From an uncultured Pelagibacteraceae bacterium (lineage in GTDB: Bacteria; Pseudomonadota; Alphaproteobacteria; Pelagibacterales; Pelagibacteraceae), in contig CABZTB010000003.1 of the NCBI GenBank assembly GCA_902528545.1, positions 47,433 through 79,432 on the forward strand: a DNA stretch of 32,000 bases. The letters run 5' to 3'. A program made the translations under genes and the position numbers. The notes under the pieces were generated by a model, which saw only the letters and a program-made list of their open reading frames with translations, did no database searches and was not told the origin of the DNA. Below are positions 12,049 to 25,047 of the stretch, piece by piece; within the stretch, counting starts at the first letter, position 1, and each line of letters opens with the position of its first letter.

Positions 12049-12738
12049 ATGTCTTCAAAAAGATTTAAAAAACTTCCTGAAAAAACTTTAGAACTTCCAT
12101 CTGAAATGATTGAAAAATTAATACCAGTAATTAAAAAAAATTGCACTACTAAATTCGATGAGTCAGTTGATTTAAGTTTTCAGATAAACAATAAACAAAA
12201 AAAAAGTGAGATAAATATAAGGACTGTAGTAAATCTTCCTGGTGGAACTGGAAAAAAAATTAAAGTTGCTGTGGTATGTGAGGATACAAAATTTGATGAA
12301 GCGAAAAGTGCTGGTGCAGATATTGTAGGTGGTGATGAATTTATTGAAAAAATTAAAAATGGAGAAATGAATTTTGAAAAATTAATTTGTACTCCATCTA
12401 TGATGATTAAATTGTCGAAATTAGGGAAGGTATTGGGACCAAAAGGTTTAATGCCAAACCCTAAACTTGGAACAGTGACTGAAAATTTAAAAACAGCAAT
12501 TTTAGATGCAAAATCTGGTCAAGCAGAAATTAGAAATGATAAAGATGGTAATATTGGTGTGAGTATAGGAAAAAAATCTTTTACTGATGATAAGTTAATT
12601 AAAAATTTTAATGCTGTTATAGATACACTTGAAAAGGAAAAATCAAATAATACAATAAAAGGAGATTTAATTAGATCTGCATTTTTAACATCAACAATGG
12701 GTGTTTCTTACAAAATAAAATTAGGTAAAAATATTTAA
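12049..12738 (+). CDS. rplA: 50S ribosomal protein L1
   Basis: 229 aa. FDESVDLSFQI...VVNLPGGTGKKIKVAV and GKVLGPKGLMPNPKLGTV. Confidence 0.95.
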   Translation: MSSKRFKKLPEKTLELPSEMIEKLIPVIKKNCTTKFDESVDLSFQINNKQKKSEINIRTVVNLPGGTGKKIKVAVVCEDTKFDEAKSAGADIVGGDEFIEKIKNGEMNFEKLICTPSMMIKLSKLGKVLGPKGLMPNPKLGTVTENLKTAILDAKSGQAEIRNDKDGNIGVSIGKKSFTDDKLIKNFNAVIDTLEKEKSNNTIKGDLIRSAFLTSTMGVSYKIKLGKNI

Positions 12739-12741
12739 GTT

Positions 12742-13263
12742 ATGATGAATAAAGAACAAAAGAAAAATTATATTGCGGAAATGACAACGCAATTTGAAAA
12801 TAGTAAGGCGGTAATGGTTACTCATTACCAAGGTTTGACCATGACTCAATTAGACGAGTTAAGATCAAAAATGAGAGAACATGGAATAATTTTCAAAATT
12901 ACAAAAAACAGAATTACAAAATTAGCATTAGAAAAAACTAAGTGTAAAGATTTATCAAATTTATTTACTGGCCCAACAGCAGTTGCATTTGGGGAAGATG
13001 CAATTATGTCAGCTCGAATTTTATCTAAGTTTGCAAAAGATAATGAGAATCTTAAGTTGATTGGTGGGATGATGGAAAATGAAATTCTTGATCAAGCTGG
13101 AGTAATGAATGTCGCAAATTTACCTACTTTAGACGAAGCAAGGGCTAATATTGTGGGTATTTTGAATGCATCTGCATCAAAATTAGTGAGTATTTTGCTT
13201 GCACGATCGGAAAAAATGAGTAGTTTACCCCCAGAAAATTCTGAAACACAACCTAAAGAGTAA
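12742..13263 (+). CDS. rplJ: 50S ribosomal protein L10
   Basis: 173 aa. AVMVTHYQGLTMTQLDELRSKMRE. Start could be the second ATG at 12745. Confidence 0.93.
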   Translation: MMNKEQKKNYIAEMTTQFENSKAVMVTHYQGLTMTQLDELRSKMREHGIIFKITKNRITKLALEKTKCKDLSNLFTGPTAVAFGEDAIMSARILSKFAKDNENLKLIGGMMENEILDQAGVMNVANLPTLDEARANIVGILNASASKLVSILLARSEKMSSLPPENSETQPKE

Positions 13264-13266
13264 ATT

Positions 13267-13632
13267 ATGCCAGATCTAAATAAAATTATAGAGGACTTAT
13301 CAAGTTTAACTGTTGCTGAAGCAGCAGATCTTTCAAAACAATTAGAGGAAAAATGGGGTGTTACGCCAATGGCGGCGGCAGCTCCAGCAGCAGCAGGAGC
13401 AGCTGCAGCAGCGGAAGACAAAGATGACTTTTCAATCATGCTTGTTTCTGCAGGCGATAAAAAAATTAATGTAATTAAAGAAGTAAGAGCAGCAACTTCT
13501 CTTGGTCTAAAAGAAGCAAAAGACTTAGTTGAAGGCGCACCTAAAGAAGTAAAAGCTGGTGTTCCAAAAAAAGAGGCAGAAGAAATTAAAGCTAAGTTAG
13601 AAGCTGCAGGGGCAAAAGTAGAACTTAAATAA
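13267..13632 (+). CDS. rplL: 50S ribosomal protein L7/L12
   Basis: 121 aa. Ala-rich hinge and [31 protein letters not shown]. Confidence 0.97.
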   Translation: MPDLNKIIEDLSSLTVAEAADLSKQLEEKWGVTPMAAAAPAAAGAAAAAEDKDDFSIMLVSAGDKKINVIKEVRAATSLGLKEAKDLVEGAPKEVKAGVPKKEAEEIKAKLEAAGAKVELK

Positions 13633-13652
13633 ATTAACAGGAAATTTTTAAG

Positions 13653-13678
13653 TACTGATTAATTAGATTTAATCAGTA
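13653..13678 (+). promoter_or_regulatory. Perfect 10-bp stem hairpin in the rplL-rpoB spacer (attenuator/processing-site candidate)
   Basis: tactgattaa (13653-13662), loop ttagat, ttaatcagta (13669-13678). No U-tract follows. Confidence 0.35.
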
Positions 13679-13689
13679 TTAAGACATAG

Positions 13690-16600
13690 ATGCAAATATC
13701 TTTTACTGAAAAGAAAAATATTAGAAAGAGTTTCGGAAAACTAAAAGAAAGTTTATCCATACCCAATCTAATAGAAGTTCAAAAAAATTCCTACGATGAA
13801 TTAACATTTTTTAACCCAGAGGCAGGTGATTTAACTAAAGGATTTGACAGAGTATTTAAAAGTATTTTTCCTATTGAAGATCTAAATGATAAAGCAACTT
13901 TAGAATATGTATCTTACAGACTTGAAAAACCAAAATTTGATGTAGAAGAATGTATTGCTAGAGGCTTAACTTACTCCTCTGCTTTAAAATGCACATTGAG
14001 ACTAGTTGTTTATGAAATAAATCAAGAAACCAACACTAAAGATATTTTGTCAGCAAAAGAGCAAGAGGTTTATATGGGTGAAGTACCTATGATGACTAAT
14101 AGCGGTACATTCATTACAAATGGTGTTCAAAGGGTTGTTGTAAATCAAATGCATAGAAGTCCAGGAGTTTTTTTTGATCATGACAAAGGTAAAACCCATG
14201 CAAGTGGTAAACTTTTGTTTAATTGTAGAGTAATACCAAATCGAGGATCTTGGTTAGATTTTGAATATGATGTAAAAGATTTTTTATATTTTAAGATTGA
14301 TAGGAAGAAAAAAATTCTTGCATCTACTTTATTGCTTGCTCTTGGTTATTCAAAGAGCGAAGTAGTAAATGAATTTTATGAGTCAGAAAAATATACTTTC
14401 GATACAAAATCAGAAAAGTGGAAAACAAAATTCAATCCTGAAAATTATAAAGCTAAAAACTTTTCTGAGGAAGTTGTTGATGCTAAATCAGGAAAGGTTG
14501 TAATCAAATTAGGGGAAAAAATAAATTATTTAAACGCGAAAAAATTATCTAATGATGGATTAAAAGATATTCTAGTTGCTAAAGAATCATTATTCGGAAA
14601 GTTTTTACATAAAGATATTAAATTAAATGATCAAGAGGATGGATTATTAAAAATTGGTACTGAGTTAAATGAGACAATCATTCAACAAATTTTAGATGCA
14701 AATATTACAAGTCTAGATATTTCTGTAACAAATTCTATAAACAAAGGTCCTTATTTACTCACTACAATCCTGAATGACAAAAATAATACTAAAGATGAGG
14801 CAATTACTGAAATTTATAAGATGTTAAGACCTGGTGAGCCTCCAACAATTGAAATAGCAACTCAAATTTTTAATAATTTATTCTTTAGTTCAGACCGATA
14901 TGACTTGTCTGACGTTGGAAGAGTTAAAATGAATTCTAGATTAGATTTAGAATGCTCAGATAAAATTACAATATTAAGAAATGATGATATTTTAGCAATA
15001 ATTCGTAAAATGTTGGACTTAAGGGATGGTAAAGATGATGTTGATGACATTGACCATCTTGGAAATAGAAGAGTTAGATCTGTAGGTGAATTAGTTGAAA
15101 ATCAAGCTCGTATTGGTGTTTATAGAATGGAAAGAGCTATTAAAGAAAAAATGACCACTTTAGATATCGAGTCAGCAATGCCGCAAGATTTGATAAATGC
15201 AAAACCACTCACAATTTCACTAAAAGATTTTTTTGCAAGTTCTCAACTTTCTCAATTTATGGATCAAACAAACCCACTTTCAGAAATTACTCATAAAAGA
15301 AGAGTTTCTGCTTTAGGCCCTGGTGGACTAACAAGGGAGAGAGCAGGGTTTGAGGTTAGAGACGTGCATCCAACACATTATGGAAGAATCTGTCCTATTG
15401 AGACTCCAGAAGGTCCAAATATTGGTTTAATCAATAGTTTATCTACTTATGCAAAAATTAATAAATATGGTTTTATTGAAAGTCCTTACAAGAGAGTAAA
15501 AGAAGGTGTTGTCCAAGATAAAGTAGAATATTTATCAGCAATGGAGGAGACAAAATTTACCATAGCTCAAGCAAATACTAAAATCGATAAAAATGGTAAA
15601 ATAGTGGAGGAATTAGTTTCTTGTAGACAAAACTTAAATTTCCTTTTAGCAAAACCTGAAACGATAGATTATATTGATGTATCACCTAAACAATTGGTTT
15701 CGGTGGCAGCTTCATTGATACCTTTCCTAGAGAATGATGATGCGAACAGAGCATTAATGGGTTCTAACATGATGAGACAAGCAGTTCCGTTACTAAAACC
15801 TGAGGCACCTTTGGTTGGTACTGGAATAGAAAGTGATGTTGCATTAGATTCAGGAGTTACAATTGTTGCTAAAAGAGACGGCGTAGTAGATAAAATTGAT
15901 GGTAAAAGAATTGTAATTAAAGTTACAGAGGAAACTGATTTCTCAAAATCTGGTGTTGATATTTACAATTTACAAAAATTTAAAAGATCTAACCAAAACA
16001 CGTGTATAAACCAAAGACCTTTAGTTAGAGTGGGGGATAAGGTAAAAACTGGTGATATCATTGCTGATGGTCCTTCTACAAAATTAGGTGAGTTAGCTCT
16101 AGGAAAAAATGTTACTGTAGCATTTATGCCTTGGCAAGGATACAATTTTGAGGACTCTATTTTAATTTCAGAAAGATGTGTAACTGATGATGTATTTACT
16201 TCAGTACATATTGTTGAGTATGAGATTATGGCAAGAGACACAAAACTTGGTGAAGAAGAAATTACAAGAGATATACCCAATGTTAATGAAGAAGCTTTAA
16301 AAAATTTAGATGAATCAGGAATAGTATACATTGGCGCAGAAGTAAACGCGGGTGATATATTAGTAGGAAAAGTAACTCCTAAAGGAGATTCAGCATCTGG
16401 TCCTGAAGAAAAGTTATTGAGATCAATTTTTGGAGAGAAAGCAATTGATGTAACGGATACATCTTTAAGGATGTCTAGAGGAAGCAGTGGTACCGTAGTT
16501 GATGTGAGAGTGTTTAACAGACATGGAATAGAAAAAGATGAGAGATCTATCACAATTGAAAGAGCTGAAATTGATCAAGTTCAACAAGACAAAATTGTTG

Positions 16601-17778
16601 AAGAGGAAATTTTAGAGAGAAGCATCAAACAAAGAGCTGCACAAATTTTGTCAGGAGAGACCCTTTCTAAGAAAATAAAAGATGTTGAGGCAGGGTCTAA
16701 ATTGGATTTTGAAACAATTAATAAGATATCTATTAATGATTTATTTAAATTAGCTATTTCAAATCCAAAAAATGAAAATGCATTATCACAATTAAAAGAC
16801 CAGTATAATAATGCAAAACAAGACATTACTGAAAGATTTGAAGATAAAGTTTTAAAAATAAGAAGTGGTGATGATTTATTGCCTAGTGTAATGAAAATGG
16901 TAAAAGTTTTTGTTGCAATTAAAAGAAGGTTAAGACCAGGTGATAAGATGTCAGGTAGACATGGTAATAAAGGTGTCGTCAGTAAAATTGTACCAGTTGA
17001 AGACATGCCTTACAGAGAAGATGGTCGACCAGTAGATATAGTTTTAAATCCTTTAGGTGTTCCGAGTCGTATGAATGTGGGGCAAATTCTTGAAACTCAT
17101 TTAGGATGGGCTTGTAAAGAATTTGGAGAACAAATTAAAAATCTAGTTAATGAAAATAATAAAAAAATTGAGAGAAATGAAAAAATCGAGAGTTTTTTAA
17201 AATCTGTTTATGGTGAGGAAATATTTGATCAAAAAGTTGATAAATTAAGTAAAACAGAATTTAAGGATTTATGTGAAAATTTACAAAATGGTATAGCTAT
17301 ATCCACACCAGTTTTTGATGGGGCTAAAGAAAAAAATGTAACAGAGATGTTAGAATTAGCAAATCTTCCTAAATCTGGACAAACTTACTTATGGGATGGA
17401 AGAACAGGTGAAAAGTTTGATAGACCGGTAACTGTTGGAATAATTTATATGCTTAAACTTCATCATTTGGTTGAGGATAAAATTCACGCAAGATCTACAG
17501 GTCCTTATAGTTTGGTGACACAACAACCATTGGGTGGAAAAGCTCAATTAGGTGGACAAAGGTTCGGTGAAATGGAGGTATGGGCACTTGAGGCATATGG
17601 TGCATCATACACACTTCAAGAAATACTTACTGTAAAATCTGACGATGTTGCTGGAAGAGTAAAAGTTTATGAGACCATTGTGAAGGGTGAAGAAAACTTT
17701 GAGTCTGGAATACCAGAATCATTTAACGTACTTGTTAAAGAAATTAAATCTTTGGCATTAAATGTGGAATTAAATTAA
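13690..17778 (+). CDS. rpoB: DNA-directed RNA polymerase subunit beta
   Basis: 1362 aa with full-length beta subunit motifs (e.g. [30 protein letters not shown]). Confidence 0.99.
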   Translation: MQISFTEKKNIRKSFGKLKESLSIPNLIEVQKNSYDELTFFNPEAGDLTKGFDRVFKSIFPIEDLNDKATLEYVSYRLEKPKFDVEECIARGLTYSSALKCTLRLVVYEINQETNTKDILSAKEQEVYMGEVPMMTNSGTFITNGVQRVVVNQMHRSPGVFFDHDKGKTHASGKLLFNCRVIPNRGSWLDFEYDVKDFLYFKIDRKKKILASTLLLALGYSKSEVVNEFYESEKYTFDTKSEKWKTKFNPENYKAKNFSEEVVDAKSGKVVIKLGEKINYLNAKKLSNDGLKDILVAKESLFGKFLHKDIKLNDQEDGLLKIGTELNETIIQQILDANITSLDISVTNSINKGPYLLTTILNDKNNTKDEAITEIYKMLRPGEPPTIEIATQIFNNLFFSSDRYDLSDVGRVKMNSRLDLECSDKITILRNDDILAIIRKMLDLRDGKDDVDDIDHLGNRRVRSVGELVENQARIGVYRMERAIKEKMTTLDIESAMPQDLINAKPLTISLKDFFASSQLSQFMDQTNPLSEITHKRRVSALGPGGLTRERAGFEVRDVHPTHYGRICPIETPEGPNIGLINSLSTYAKINKYGFIESPYKRVKEGVVQDKVEYLSAMEETKFTIAQANTKIDKNGKIVEELVSCRQNLNFLLAKPETIDYIDVSPKQLVSVAASLIPFLENDDANRALMGSNMMRQAVPLLKPEAPLVGTGIESDVALDSGVTIVAKRDGVVDKIDGKRIVIKVTEETDFSKSGVDIYNLQKFKRSNQNTCINQRPLVRVGDKVKTGDIIADGPSTKLGELALGKNVTVAFMPWQGYNFEDSILISERCVTDDVFTSVHIVEYEIMARDTKLGEEEITRDIPNVNEEALKNLDESGIVYIGAEVNAGDILVGKVTPKGDSASGPEEKLLRSIFGEKAIDVTDTSLRMSRGSSGTVVDVRVFNRHGIEKDERSITIERAEIDQVQQDKIVEEEILERSIKQRAAQILSGETLSKKIKDVEAGSKLDFETINKISINDLFKLAISNPKNENALSQLKDQYNNAKQDITERFEDKVLKIRSGDDLLPSVMKMVKVFVAIKRRLRPGDKMSGRHGNKGVVSKIVPVEDMPYREDGRPVDIVLNPLGVPSRMNVGQILETHLGWACKEFGEQIKNLVNENNKKIERNEKIESFLKSVYGEEIFDQKVDKLSKTEFKDLCENLQNGIAISTPVFDGAKEKNVTEMLELANLPKSGQTYLWDGRTGEKFDRPVTVGIIYMLKLHHLVEDKIHARSTGPYSLVTQQPLGGKAQLGGQRFGEMEVWALEAYGASYTLQEILTVKSDDVAGRVKVYETIVKGEENFESGIPESFNVLVKEIKSLALNVELN

Positions 17779-17780
17779 TT

Positions 17781-20700
17781 ATGAAAAAAGAACTAACAGA
17801 TCTTTTTAAAAATTCAGAAATATCTGAAGCTCAAAATTTTAATAGTATCAAGATCTCATTAGCTAGCCCAGAGAAAATAAAATCTTGGACCTATGGTGAA
17901 ATTAAAAAACCAGAAACTATCAATTATAGAACTTTTAGACCAGAGAAAGATGGCCTTTTCTGTGCAAGAATATTTGGTCCAATTAAAGATTACGAGTGTT
18001 TGTGTGGAAAATATAAAAGAATGAAATTTAGAGGCATCATCTGTGAAAAATGTGGTGTTGAGGTAACAAAATCAAATGTTCGAAGAGAACGAATGGGTCA
18101 CATTAATTTAGCAACACCTGTTGCTCACATATGGTTTTTAAAATCACTACCAAGCAGAATAGCGCTTGCTGTTGATATGAAGCTTAAAGAAGTTGAAAGG
18201 GTTTTGTATTTTGAAAATTTTATTGTCATTGAGCCAGGTTTAACAGGTCTCCAAAAAAATCAGCTTTTAAATGAGGAAGAGTTAGCAAAGTATCAAGATG
18301 AATATGGTGAGGAGGCATTTACAGCTGGAATAGGTGCTGAAGCAGTTTTGGAAATGCTTAAAAATCTTGATTTAGATTTAGAGAAAAAAAATCTTGTTGA
18401 TTACATTAAAGAGACAAAATCAAAAGTAAATGAAGAAAGGGCTATTAAAAGATTAAAATTAATTGAGTCTTTCATTGAAACTGGACAAAAACCTGAGTGG
18501 ATGATTATGACAGTTGTTCCGGTTATTCCACCAGAACTCAGACCATTGGTTCCTCTAGATGGTGGAAGATTTGCAACATCAGATCTAAATGATCTTTATA
18601 GAAGGGTCATTAATAGAAATAATCGTTTAAAGAGACTGATGGATCTTAAGGCACCGGATATTATCATCAGAAATGAAAAAAGAATGTTGCAAGAATCTGT
18701 TGATGCACTTTTTGATAACGGAAGAAGAGGTAGAGTAATCACTGGGACAGGTAAAAGACCATTAAAATCTTTAGCTGAAATGTTAAAGGGAAAACAAGGA
18801 AGATTTAGACAAAATCTTCTTGGTAAAAGAGTTGATTATTCAGGTCGTTCAGTCATCGTAGTAGGTCCAGACTTAAAATTACACGAATGTGGATTGCCAA
18901 AAAAAATGGCGCTAGAGTTATTTAAACCATTTTTATATGCAAGACTTAATAAACTCGGTTTAGCTTCAACAATTAAACAAGCAAAAAAATTAGTTGAGAA
19001 AGAAACTAACGCTGTCTGGGATGCACTAGAATTAATTGTTAGAGAACATCCAGTTTTACTAAATAGGGCTCCAACACTTCATAGGTTGGGAGTTCAAGCT
19101 TTTGAACCAAAATTGATTGAGGGAGATGCGATTGAATTACATCCTTTAACATGTGCAGCGTTTAATGCAGATTTTGATGGTGATCAAATGGCTGTTCACG
19201 TTCCTTTAAGTTTGGAGGCACAACTTGAGGCCAGAATATTAATGCTATCAACTAACAATATTCTTTCTCCATCTAACGGAAAACCAATAATTGTCCCAAG
19301 TCAGGATATGATTTTAGGAATTTATTATTTATCTCAAGAACCAGTCACCGATAAGCCAGCTGGATATTTTTTAAATGCAGATCAAATTGAATTTGCTCTT
19401 TCTTCTGGTCAAATAAAAGTCCATAGTACGATAATTTCTAGATTTGAAACAATTGATGAAAAAGGTAAACAAAAATTTGAGAAGTATACTTCTACTGCAG
19501 GAAGATTTTTACTAGCTAACTTATTACCAAAAAATAATAATATTAAGTTTTCTTTGATAGATAGAATTTTACCAAAAAAAACAGTCTCAGAAATTATTGA
19601 TATTGTCTTTAGATTTTGCGGTCAAAAAACAACAGTTATTTTCTGTGATAAATTAAAAGACTTAGGGTTTAAACACGCATTCAAAGCTGGAATTTCTTTT
19701 GGTAAAGATGATTTAGTCATTCCAGAAAGTAAAAATAAACTTATTGATGATACTAAAAAACTAATAGCTGACTATGAAACTCAATATTCTGAGGGACTAA
19801 TTACAAGAGGAGAAAAATACAACAAAGTTGTTGATGCATGGTCAAAATGTACTGATCAAGTTGCATCTGAAATGATGAAAGGAATTTCTGCCACAGAAAA
19901 AACCACAGAGGGTTTGAAAATAAATTCAGTATTTATGATGGCAGATAGCGGTGCGAGAGGGTCAGCAGCACAAATGAAGCAATTAGCAGGTATGAGAGGT
20001 CTTATTGCAAAACCATCTGGTGAGATTATTGAGAGTCCAATTACGTCTAATTTTAAAGAAGGATTAACAGCTTTAGAATATTTTAATTCTACACACGGAG
20101 CAAGGAAAGGTTTGGCTGATACTGCCTTAAAAACAGCTAGCTCAGGATATTTAACTAGAAGATTATGTGATGTAGCCCAAGATTTAACTGTAACAAAAAA
20201 AGAATGTGACTGTAAAAATCCTGGGTTCATCGAACTTTCTGAAATTTTGGAAGGTGGAAATGTTGTTGTAAGCTTATCAGAAAGAGCTTTGGGAAGAGTT
20301 ACTTTTGACGATGTAAAGCATCCAATAACTGGTGAAATTATAATTAAAAAGTTAACTATGATTGATGAGGCTGGTTGTGATAAAATAGATTCTGCAGGAA
20401 TAAAATCAGTTAAGGTTTATTCTGTTATGACATGTGGATCTAAAGAAGGTGTATGTGCAACTTCTTATGGTAGAGATTTATCTAGAGGTCAGATGGTTCA
20501 TGTAGGTGAAGCAATCGGAATGATTTCTGCACAATCAATTGGAGAACCGGGAACACAATTAACGATGAGAACTTTTCACGTAGGTGGTACCGCTTCAGTC
20601 AAGCAAGACTCACAAATAGTCACTAAAAATGAAGGGACTTTAAAAATTATTAACTCAAACATTTTAGAGGATTCTAAAAAAAACTTGATTGTTATGGGTA

Positions 20701-21950
20701 GAAATACACAATTATCTATCGAAGATGATAATGGAGTTCAAATTGCTGTTTACAAAGTAGCTTATGGTTCAAAATTATTTTTCAAGAACGGTGACAAAGT
20801 AAAAGCCAACACAAAAATTTGTGAATGGGATCCTTATACCACACCAGTAATTGCTGAAAAAAGTGGTATTGCAAGTTTTGTTGATTTAATTGATGGTGTA
20901 TCAATTCAAGAAACAACAGATGACGCTACAGGTATTTCCTCAAAATCTGTAGTTGATTGGAGATCTCAATCAAAAAGCACTGATTTAAAACCAAGAATTA
21001 CTTTAAGAGATGAAAAAGGAAACGTTATTAAAAAGGCTGATGATAATGAAGCAAGATATTATTTAGTTCCTGACTCAATTTTATCAGTTAAAGATGGTCA
21101 AAAAGTTTCTGCTGGTGATGTTATTGCAAGATTACCTAAAGAAACTACTAAAACAAAAGATATTACTGGAGGCCTTCCAAGAGTTGCTGAATTGTTTGAA
21201 GCCAGAAAAGCTAAGGATAGTGCAATCATTGCTGAAAATGATGGACAAGTTATATTTGGAAAAGAAGTTAGAGGAAAACAAAGAATATCAATTGTGCCTG
21301 AAGATGGGTCAGAACCATCTAATTATTTAATACCCAAAGGAAAACATATTAATTTTAATCAGGGTGAAAAAATTAAAAAAGGAGAATATTTATTAGATGG
21401 ACAACCATTACCACACGATATTCTTAGAATTATGGGCATAAAAGATTTAACTGAATATTTTGTTAATCAAGTTCAAGAGGTTTATAGGTTACAGGGTGTA
21501 ATTATTAACGATAAACACATAGAAACTATTTTAAGACAAATGTTGAAAAAAGTTGAGGTAAAAACTACTGGTGATTCCTCTTACTTACCCGGTGAAATCA
21601 TTGATAGAATTAAATTTGATAACGTTAATGAAAAATTAAAATCTGAAGGTAAAAAACCAGCCACTGGAGAAAGAGTTTTAATGGGAATTACCAAAGCTTC
21701 TCTTCAGACTGAGTCTTTTATATCCGCTGCATCATTCCAGGAAACTACAAGAGTTCTTACCGATGCTGCTATTAAGGGTAAAGTTGATCCACTTAATGGT
21801 TTAAAAGAGAATGTAATAGTTGGACGATTAGTACCTGCTGGAACTGGTAATATTAAAAATAAATGGAACAAAAAAGCTCTACAAGATGACAATAAATTTC
21901 TTTCTGAGCAAGAGCAGATTGATCAGCCAGAAACCCCTGTAAATCAATAA
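17781..21950 (+). CDS. rpoC: DNA-directed RNA polymerase subunit beta'
   Basis: 1389 aa. Zn finger CLCGKYKR...CEKCGVEV and catalytic [12 protein letters not shown]. Confidence 0.99.
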   Translation: MKKELTDLFKNSEISEAQNFNSIKISLASPEKIKSWTYGEIKKPETINYRTFRPEKDGLFCARIFGPIKDYECLCGKYKRMKFRGIICEKCGVEVTKSNVRRERMGHINLATPVAHIWFLKSLPSRIALAVDMKLKEVERVLYFENFIVIEPGLTGLQKNQLLNEEELAKYQDEYGEEAFTAGIGAEAVLEMLKNLDLDLEKKNLVDYIKETKSKVNEERAIKRLKLIESFIETGQKPEWMIMTVVPVIPPELRPLVPLDGGRFATSDLNDLYRRVINRNNRLKRLMDLKAPDIIIRNEKRMLQESVDALFDNGRRGRVITGTGKRPLKSLAEMLKGKQGRFRQNLLGKRVDYSGRSVIVVGPDLKLHECGLPKKMALELFKPFLYARLNKLGLASTIKQAKKLVEKETNAVWDALELIVREHPVLLNRAPTLHRLGVQAFEPKLIEGDAIELHPLTCAAFNADFDGDQMAVHVPLSLEAQLEARILMLSTNNILSPSNGKPIIVPSQDMILGIYYLSQEPVTDKPAGYFLNADQIEFALSSGQIKVHSTIISRFETIDEKGKQKFEKYTSTAGRFLLANLLPKNNNIKFSLIDRILPKKTVSEIIDIVFRFCGQKTTVIFCDKLKDLGFKHAFKAGISFGKDDLVIPESKNKLIDDTKKLIADYETQYSEGLITRGEKYNKVVDAWSKCTDQVASEMMKGISATEKTTEGLKINSVFMMADSGARGSAAQMKQLAGMRGLIAKPSGEIIESPITSNFKEGLTALEYFNSTHGARKGLADTALKTASSGYLTRRLCDVAQDLTVTKKECDCKNPGFIELSEILEGGNVVVSLSERALGRVTFDDVKHPITGEIIIKKLTMIDEAGCDKIDSAGIKSVKVYSVMTCGSKEGVCATSYGRDLSRGQMVHVGEAIGMISAQSIGEPGTQLTMRTFHVGGTASVKQDSQIVTKNEGTLKIINSNILEDSKKNLIVMGRNTQLSIEDDNGVQIAVYKVAYGSKLFFKNGDKVKANTKICEWDPYTTPVIAEKSGIASFVDLIDGVSIQETTDDATGISSKSVVDWRSQSKSTDLKPRITLRDEKGNVIKKADDNEARYYLVPDSILSVKDGQKVSAGDVIARLPKETTKTKDITGGLPRVAELFEARKAKDSAIIAENDGQVIFGKEVRGKQRISIVPEDGSEPSNYLIPKGKHINFNQGEKIKKGEYLLDGQPLPHDILRIMGIKDLTEYFVNQVQEVYRLQGVIINDKHIETILRQMLKKVEVKTTGDSSYLPGEIIDRIKFDNVNEKLKSEGKKPATGERVLMGITKASLQTESFISAASFQETTRVLTDAAIKGKVDPLNGLKENVIVGRLVPAGTGNIKNKWNKKALQDDNKFLSEQEQIDQPETPVNQ

Positions 21951-21979
21951 AAATAACACGTTTGCTAATTAGTTTTAGT

Positions 21980-22007
21980 TTGACAAAATTAAATTAATAA
22001 GTATTTT
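21980..22007 (+). promoter_or_regulatory. Candidate sigma70-type promoter of the str/S10/spc super-operon
   Basis: ttgaca (21980-21985), 16 nt, tatttt (22002-22007), in the only large spacer (166 nt) right of rpoC. Confidence 0.35.
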
Positions 22008-22116
22008 GGCGATATTTTTTGGTTGGAATGTAGTGTTAACTTTAGACACTAAACGCTGCCACAAATAACCTGTCAGTTATTTCATTCAAAAATAAACAAT
22101 TATAAAATTTACAGAT

Positions 22117-22488
22117 ATGCCAACTATTAACCAGTTGTTAAGAAAAAAAAGAACTAAACCAATTGCTAGGAACAAGGTTCCAGCATTACAAAAACAACCA
22201 CTCAAACGAGGAGTTTGTGTAAAAGTTTATACGACAACTCCAAAAAAACCTAATTCTGCTTTAAGAAAAGTTGCTAGAGTGAGATTATCAAATGGGTTTG
22301 AAGTAACTGCTTATATACCTGGAGAAGGTCATAATCTTCAAGAACACTCTGTTGTATTAATTAGAGGTGGTAGGGTTAAAGATTTACCAGGTGTACGTTA
22401 TCACATTTTAAGAGGTAATTTAGATACTCAAGGAGTGGCAAATAGAAAGAAAAGAAGATCTTTGTACGGAACAAAAAAAGGTAAATAG
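22117..22488 (+). CDS. rpsL: 30S ribosomal protein S12
   Basis: [12 protein letters not shown]...[16 protein letters not shown]. Confidence 0.98.
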   Translation: MPTINQLLRKKRTKPIARNKVPALQKQPLKRGVCVKVYTTTPKKPNSALRKVARVRLSNGFEVTAYIPGEGHNLQEHSVVLIRGGRVKDLPGVRYHILRGNLDTQGVANRKKRRSLYGTKKGK

Positions 22489-22490
22489 AT

Positions 22491-22961
22491 ATGTCTAGAA
22501 AAAAAACACAACCTAAAAAAAATATTGTTCCTGATCCAAAATTTAATTCCACAATTATTCCTAAATTAATTAATAATATTATGTATGACGGCAAAAGAGG
22601 TGTAGCCACTAAAATAGTTTATGATGCAATTGAAAAGATTAAAACTAAGTCAAAAGATGAACCTATTAATATTTTTAATGAAGCAATTAATAATATTAAA
22701 CCAACTGTTGAAGTGAGATCACGAAGAGTAGGTGGTGCCACCTATCAAGTTCCAGTTGAAGTTAAAAGTAAAAGAGCACAAGCTTTAGCTATCAGATGGC
22801 TTATAGATTCAGCAAGAAAAAGAAAAGATAAACATATGTCAGATAAAATTTTTAATGAACTTTATGATGCATATGAAAAAAAAGGTGCTGCTGTAAAGAA
22901 AAAAGAGGATGTGCATAAAATGGCAGAGTCCAACAAGGCTTTTGCACACTTCAGGTGGTAA
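22491..22961 (+). CDS. rpsG: 30S ribosomal protein S7
   Basis: 156 aa. VEVRSRRVGGATYQVPVEV. Confidence 0.97.
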   Translation: MSRKKTQPKKNIVPDPKFNSTIIPKLINNIMYDGKRGVATKIVYDAIEKIKTKSKDEPINIFNEAINNIKPTVEVRSRRVGGATYQVPVEVKSKRAQALAIRWLIDSARKRKDKHMSDKIFNELYDAYEKKGAAVKKKEDVHKMAESNKAFAHFRW

Positions 22962-22967
22962 AATATT

Positions 22968-25046
22968 ATGGCTAGATCTCACACATTAGACAAATATAGA
23001 AACATTGGGATCATGGCCCACATAGATGCTGGTAAAACAACTACAACTGAAAGAATTTTATATTATACGGGGAAAAGTCATAAGATTGGTGAAGTTCATG
23101 ATGGTGCAGCTACCATGGATTGGATGGAACAAGAGCAAGAAAGAGGTATTACAATTACATCAGCAGCAACAACCTGTTTCTGGCAAGACCATAGAATTAA
23201 TATTATCGATACACCAGGTCACGTAGATTTTACCATTGAAGTTGAAAGATCACTTAAAGTACTTGATGGTGCAGTTGCAGTGTTTGATGGTGTAGCAGGT
23301 GTGGAACCTCAATCAGAAACAGTATGGCGACAAGCTGATAAATATAAAGTACCGAGAATTTGTTTTGTAAATAAGTTAGATAGAACTGGTGCAGATTTTT
23401 TTAGATGTGTGGATATGATTAAAGACAGATTGGGAGCAAAACCATTGGTCATACAAGTACCAATCGGTATTGAAGCCTCTTTAACAGGTGTTGTTGACCT
23501 TGTTAAAATGAAAGCACAAGTTTGGAAAAATGAAGCTTTAGGTGCTGAATGGGAATATAAAGATATACCAGAGGATCTTAAAGAAATCTCTCAAAAATAC
23601 CGAACAGAATTAGTCGAAATGGCTGTAGAACAAGACGAAAAGCTGATGGAGTCTTATTTAAATGGTGAAGAAATTAATGAAGAAGATTTAATTAAATGTA
23701 TAAGAAAAGGAACATTAAATTTTGATTTTGTTCCTGTATTAACTGGTTCAGCTTTTAAAAATAAGGGTGTTCAGCCACTACTTGATGCAGTGATTAATTA
23801 TCTTCCAAGTCCAATTGATATTGGTTCAATAAAAGGAACTAAATTAGGATCAGAGGATGAAATAGAAATGAAATTTGACGATAGTGCGCCATTTTCTGCT
23901 TTAGCATTTAAAGTGGCAAATGATCCATTTGTTGGATCATTAACATTTATTAGAGTTTATTCAGGTACAATAAAAACAGGAACGGCTGTATATAATTCTT
24001 CAAAAGAAAAAGAAGAAAGAGTTGGTAGAATGTTATTAATGCATGCTAACTCTCGAGAGGACATTAAAGAAGCAAATGCAGGTGATATTGTATCACTAGC
24101 TGGCTTGAAAAATACCATTACTGGACACACGCTATGTAATAAAGATAATCCAGTTCTTCTCGAGCCTATGGAATTTCCTGACCCAGTTATTGAAATTGCT
24201 GTTGAACCAAAAACAAAAGCTGACCAAGAGAAAATGGGAGAAGCATTAGGCAGATTAGCCAAAGAAGATCCCTCGTTTAGAGTTTCTTCTGACGAAGAAT
24301 CTGGACAAACGATTATAAAAGGAATGGGTGAATTACACTTAGATATCATTGTTGATAGAATGAAAAGAGAATTTAAAGTTGAAGCAAATGTTGGAGCCCC
24401 ACAAGTAGCATACAGAGAAACAATCGAAAACTCTTCAGAAGTAGAATACACACATAAAAAACAAAGTGGTGGTGCAGGACAATTTGCAAAAGTAAAATTA
24501 TTAGTAGAACCGCAAGAACCTGGTAAAGGGAGAGCTGTTGAAAGCAAAATTAAAGGTGGAGCAATTCCAAAAGAATTTATTCCAGGCGTTGAAAAAGGTA
24601 TCGAAACAGTATCTGATGGTGGAATTTTAGCAGGGTTTCCAATGATTGACTATAAAGTTACAATTTTAGATGGTTTACATCACGATGTTGACTCTAGCGT
24701 ATTAGCTTTTGAACTCGCAAGTAGAGCATGTTTCAAAGATGCTTGTACAAAAGGTGGTTTAAAATTATTAGAACCAGTCATGAGAGTTGAGGTCGTAACA
24801 CCTGAAGACTATATGGGTGACGTTATTGGAGACTTAAATAGTCGAAGAGGACAAATAAGTACTCAAGAGCAAAGAGGTAATGCAACAGTAATAACTGCAA
24901 TGGTGCCTTTAGCGAATATGTTTGGATATATTAATAGTTTAAGATCAATGTCACAAGGGCGTGCACAATATTCAATGTTTTTTGATCATTATGCAAAAGT
25001 CCCACAAAATGTTCAAGACGAAGTAACAAAAAAAATAGCAGGCTAA
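22968..25046 (+). CDS. fusA: Translation elongation factor G
   Basis: 692 aa. [32 protein letters not shown]. Confidence 0.98.
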   Translation: MARSHTLDKYRNIGIMAHIDAGKTTTTERILYYTGKSHKIGEVHDGAATMDWMEQEQERGITITSAATTCFWQDHRINIIDTPGHVDFTIEVERSLKVLDGAVAVFDGVAGVEPQSETVWRQADKYKVPRICFVNKLDRTGADFFRCVDMIKDRLGAKPLVIQVPIGIEASLTGVVDLVKMKAQVWKNEALGAEWEYKDIPEDLKEISQKYRTELVEMAVEQDEKLMESYLNGEEINEEDLIKCIRKGTLNFDFVPVLTGSAFKNKGVQPLLDAVINYLPSPIDIGSIKGTKLGSEDEIEMKFDDSAPFSALAFKVANDPFVGSLTFIRVYSGTIKTGTAVYNSSKEKEERVGRMLLMHANSREDIKEANAGDIVSLAGLKNTITGHTLCNKDNPVLLEPMEFPDPVIEIAVEPKTKADQEKMGEALGRLAKEDPSFRVSSDEESGQTIIKGMGELHLDIIVDRMKREFKVEANVGAPQVAYRETIENSSEVEYTHKKQSGGAGQFAKVKLLVEPQEPGKGRAVESKIKGGAIPKEFIPGVEKGIETVSDGGILAGFPMIDYKVTILDGLHHDVDSSVLAFELASRACFKDACTKGGLKLLEPVMRVEVVTPEDYMGDVIGDLNSRRGQISTQEQRGNATVITAMVPLANMFGYINSLRSMSQGRAQYSMFFDHYAKVPQNVQDEVTKKIAG

Positions 25047-25047
25047 A

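Noticed and set aside
13092-13439. 115-aa Ala-rich minus-strand ORF
   Set aside because: It is antisense to the rplJ end and the Ala-rich hinge of rplL. The reverse complement of GCN-rich coding sequence gives an open frame. No independent support.
14862-17006. Minus-strand ORFs 14862-15050, 15963-16553 and 16581-17006
   Set aside because: They lie entirely inside rpoB on the opposite strand. These are low-complexity shadow ORFs typical of long AT-rich genes.
19856-21892. ORFs 19856-20230 (-), 21094-21330 (+, alternative frame) and 21704-21892 (-)
   Set aside because: All are nested within rpoC, whose full-length conservation explains the region.
23026-24547. ORFs 23026-23226 (+) and 23957-24547 (-)
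   Set aside because: They are nested in fusA in other frames or on the other strand, with no motifs.
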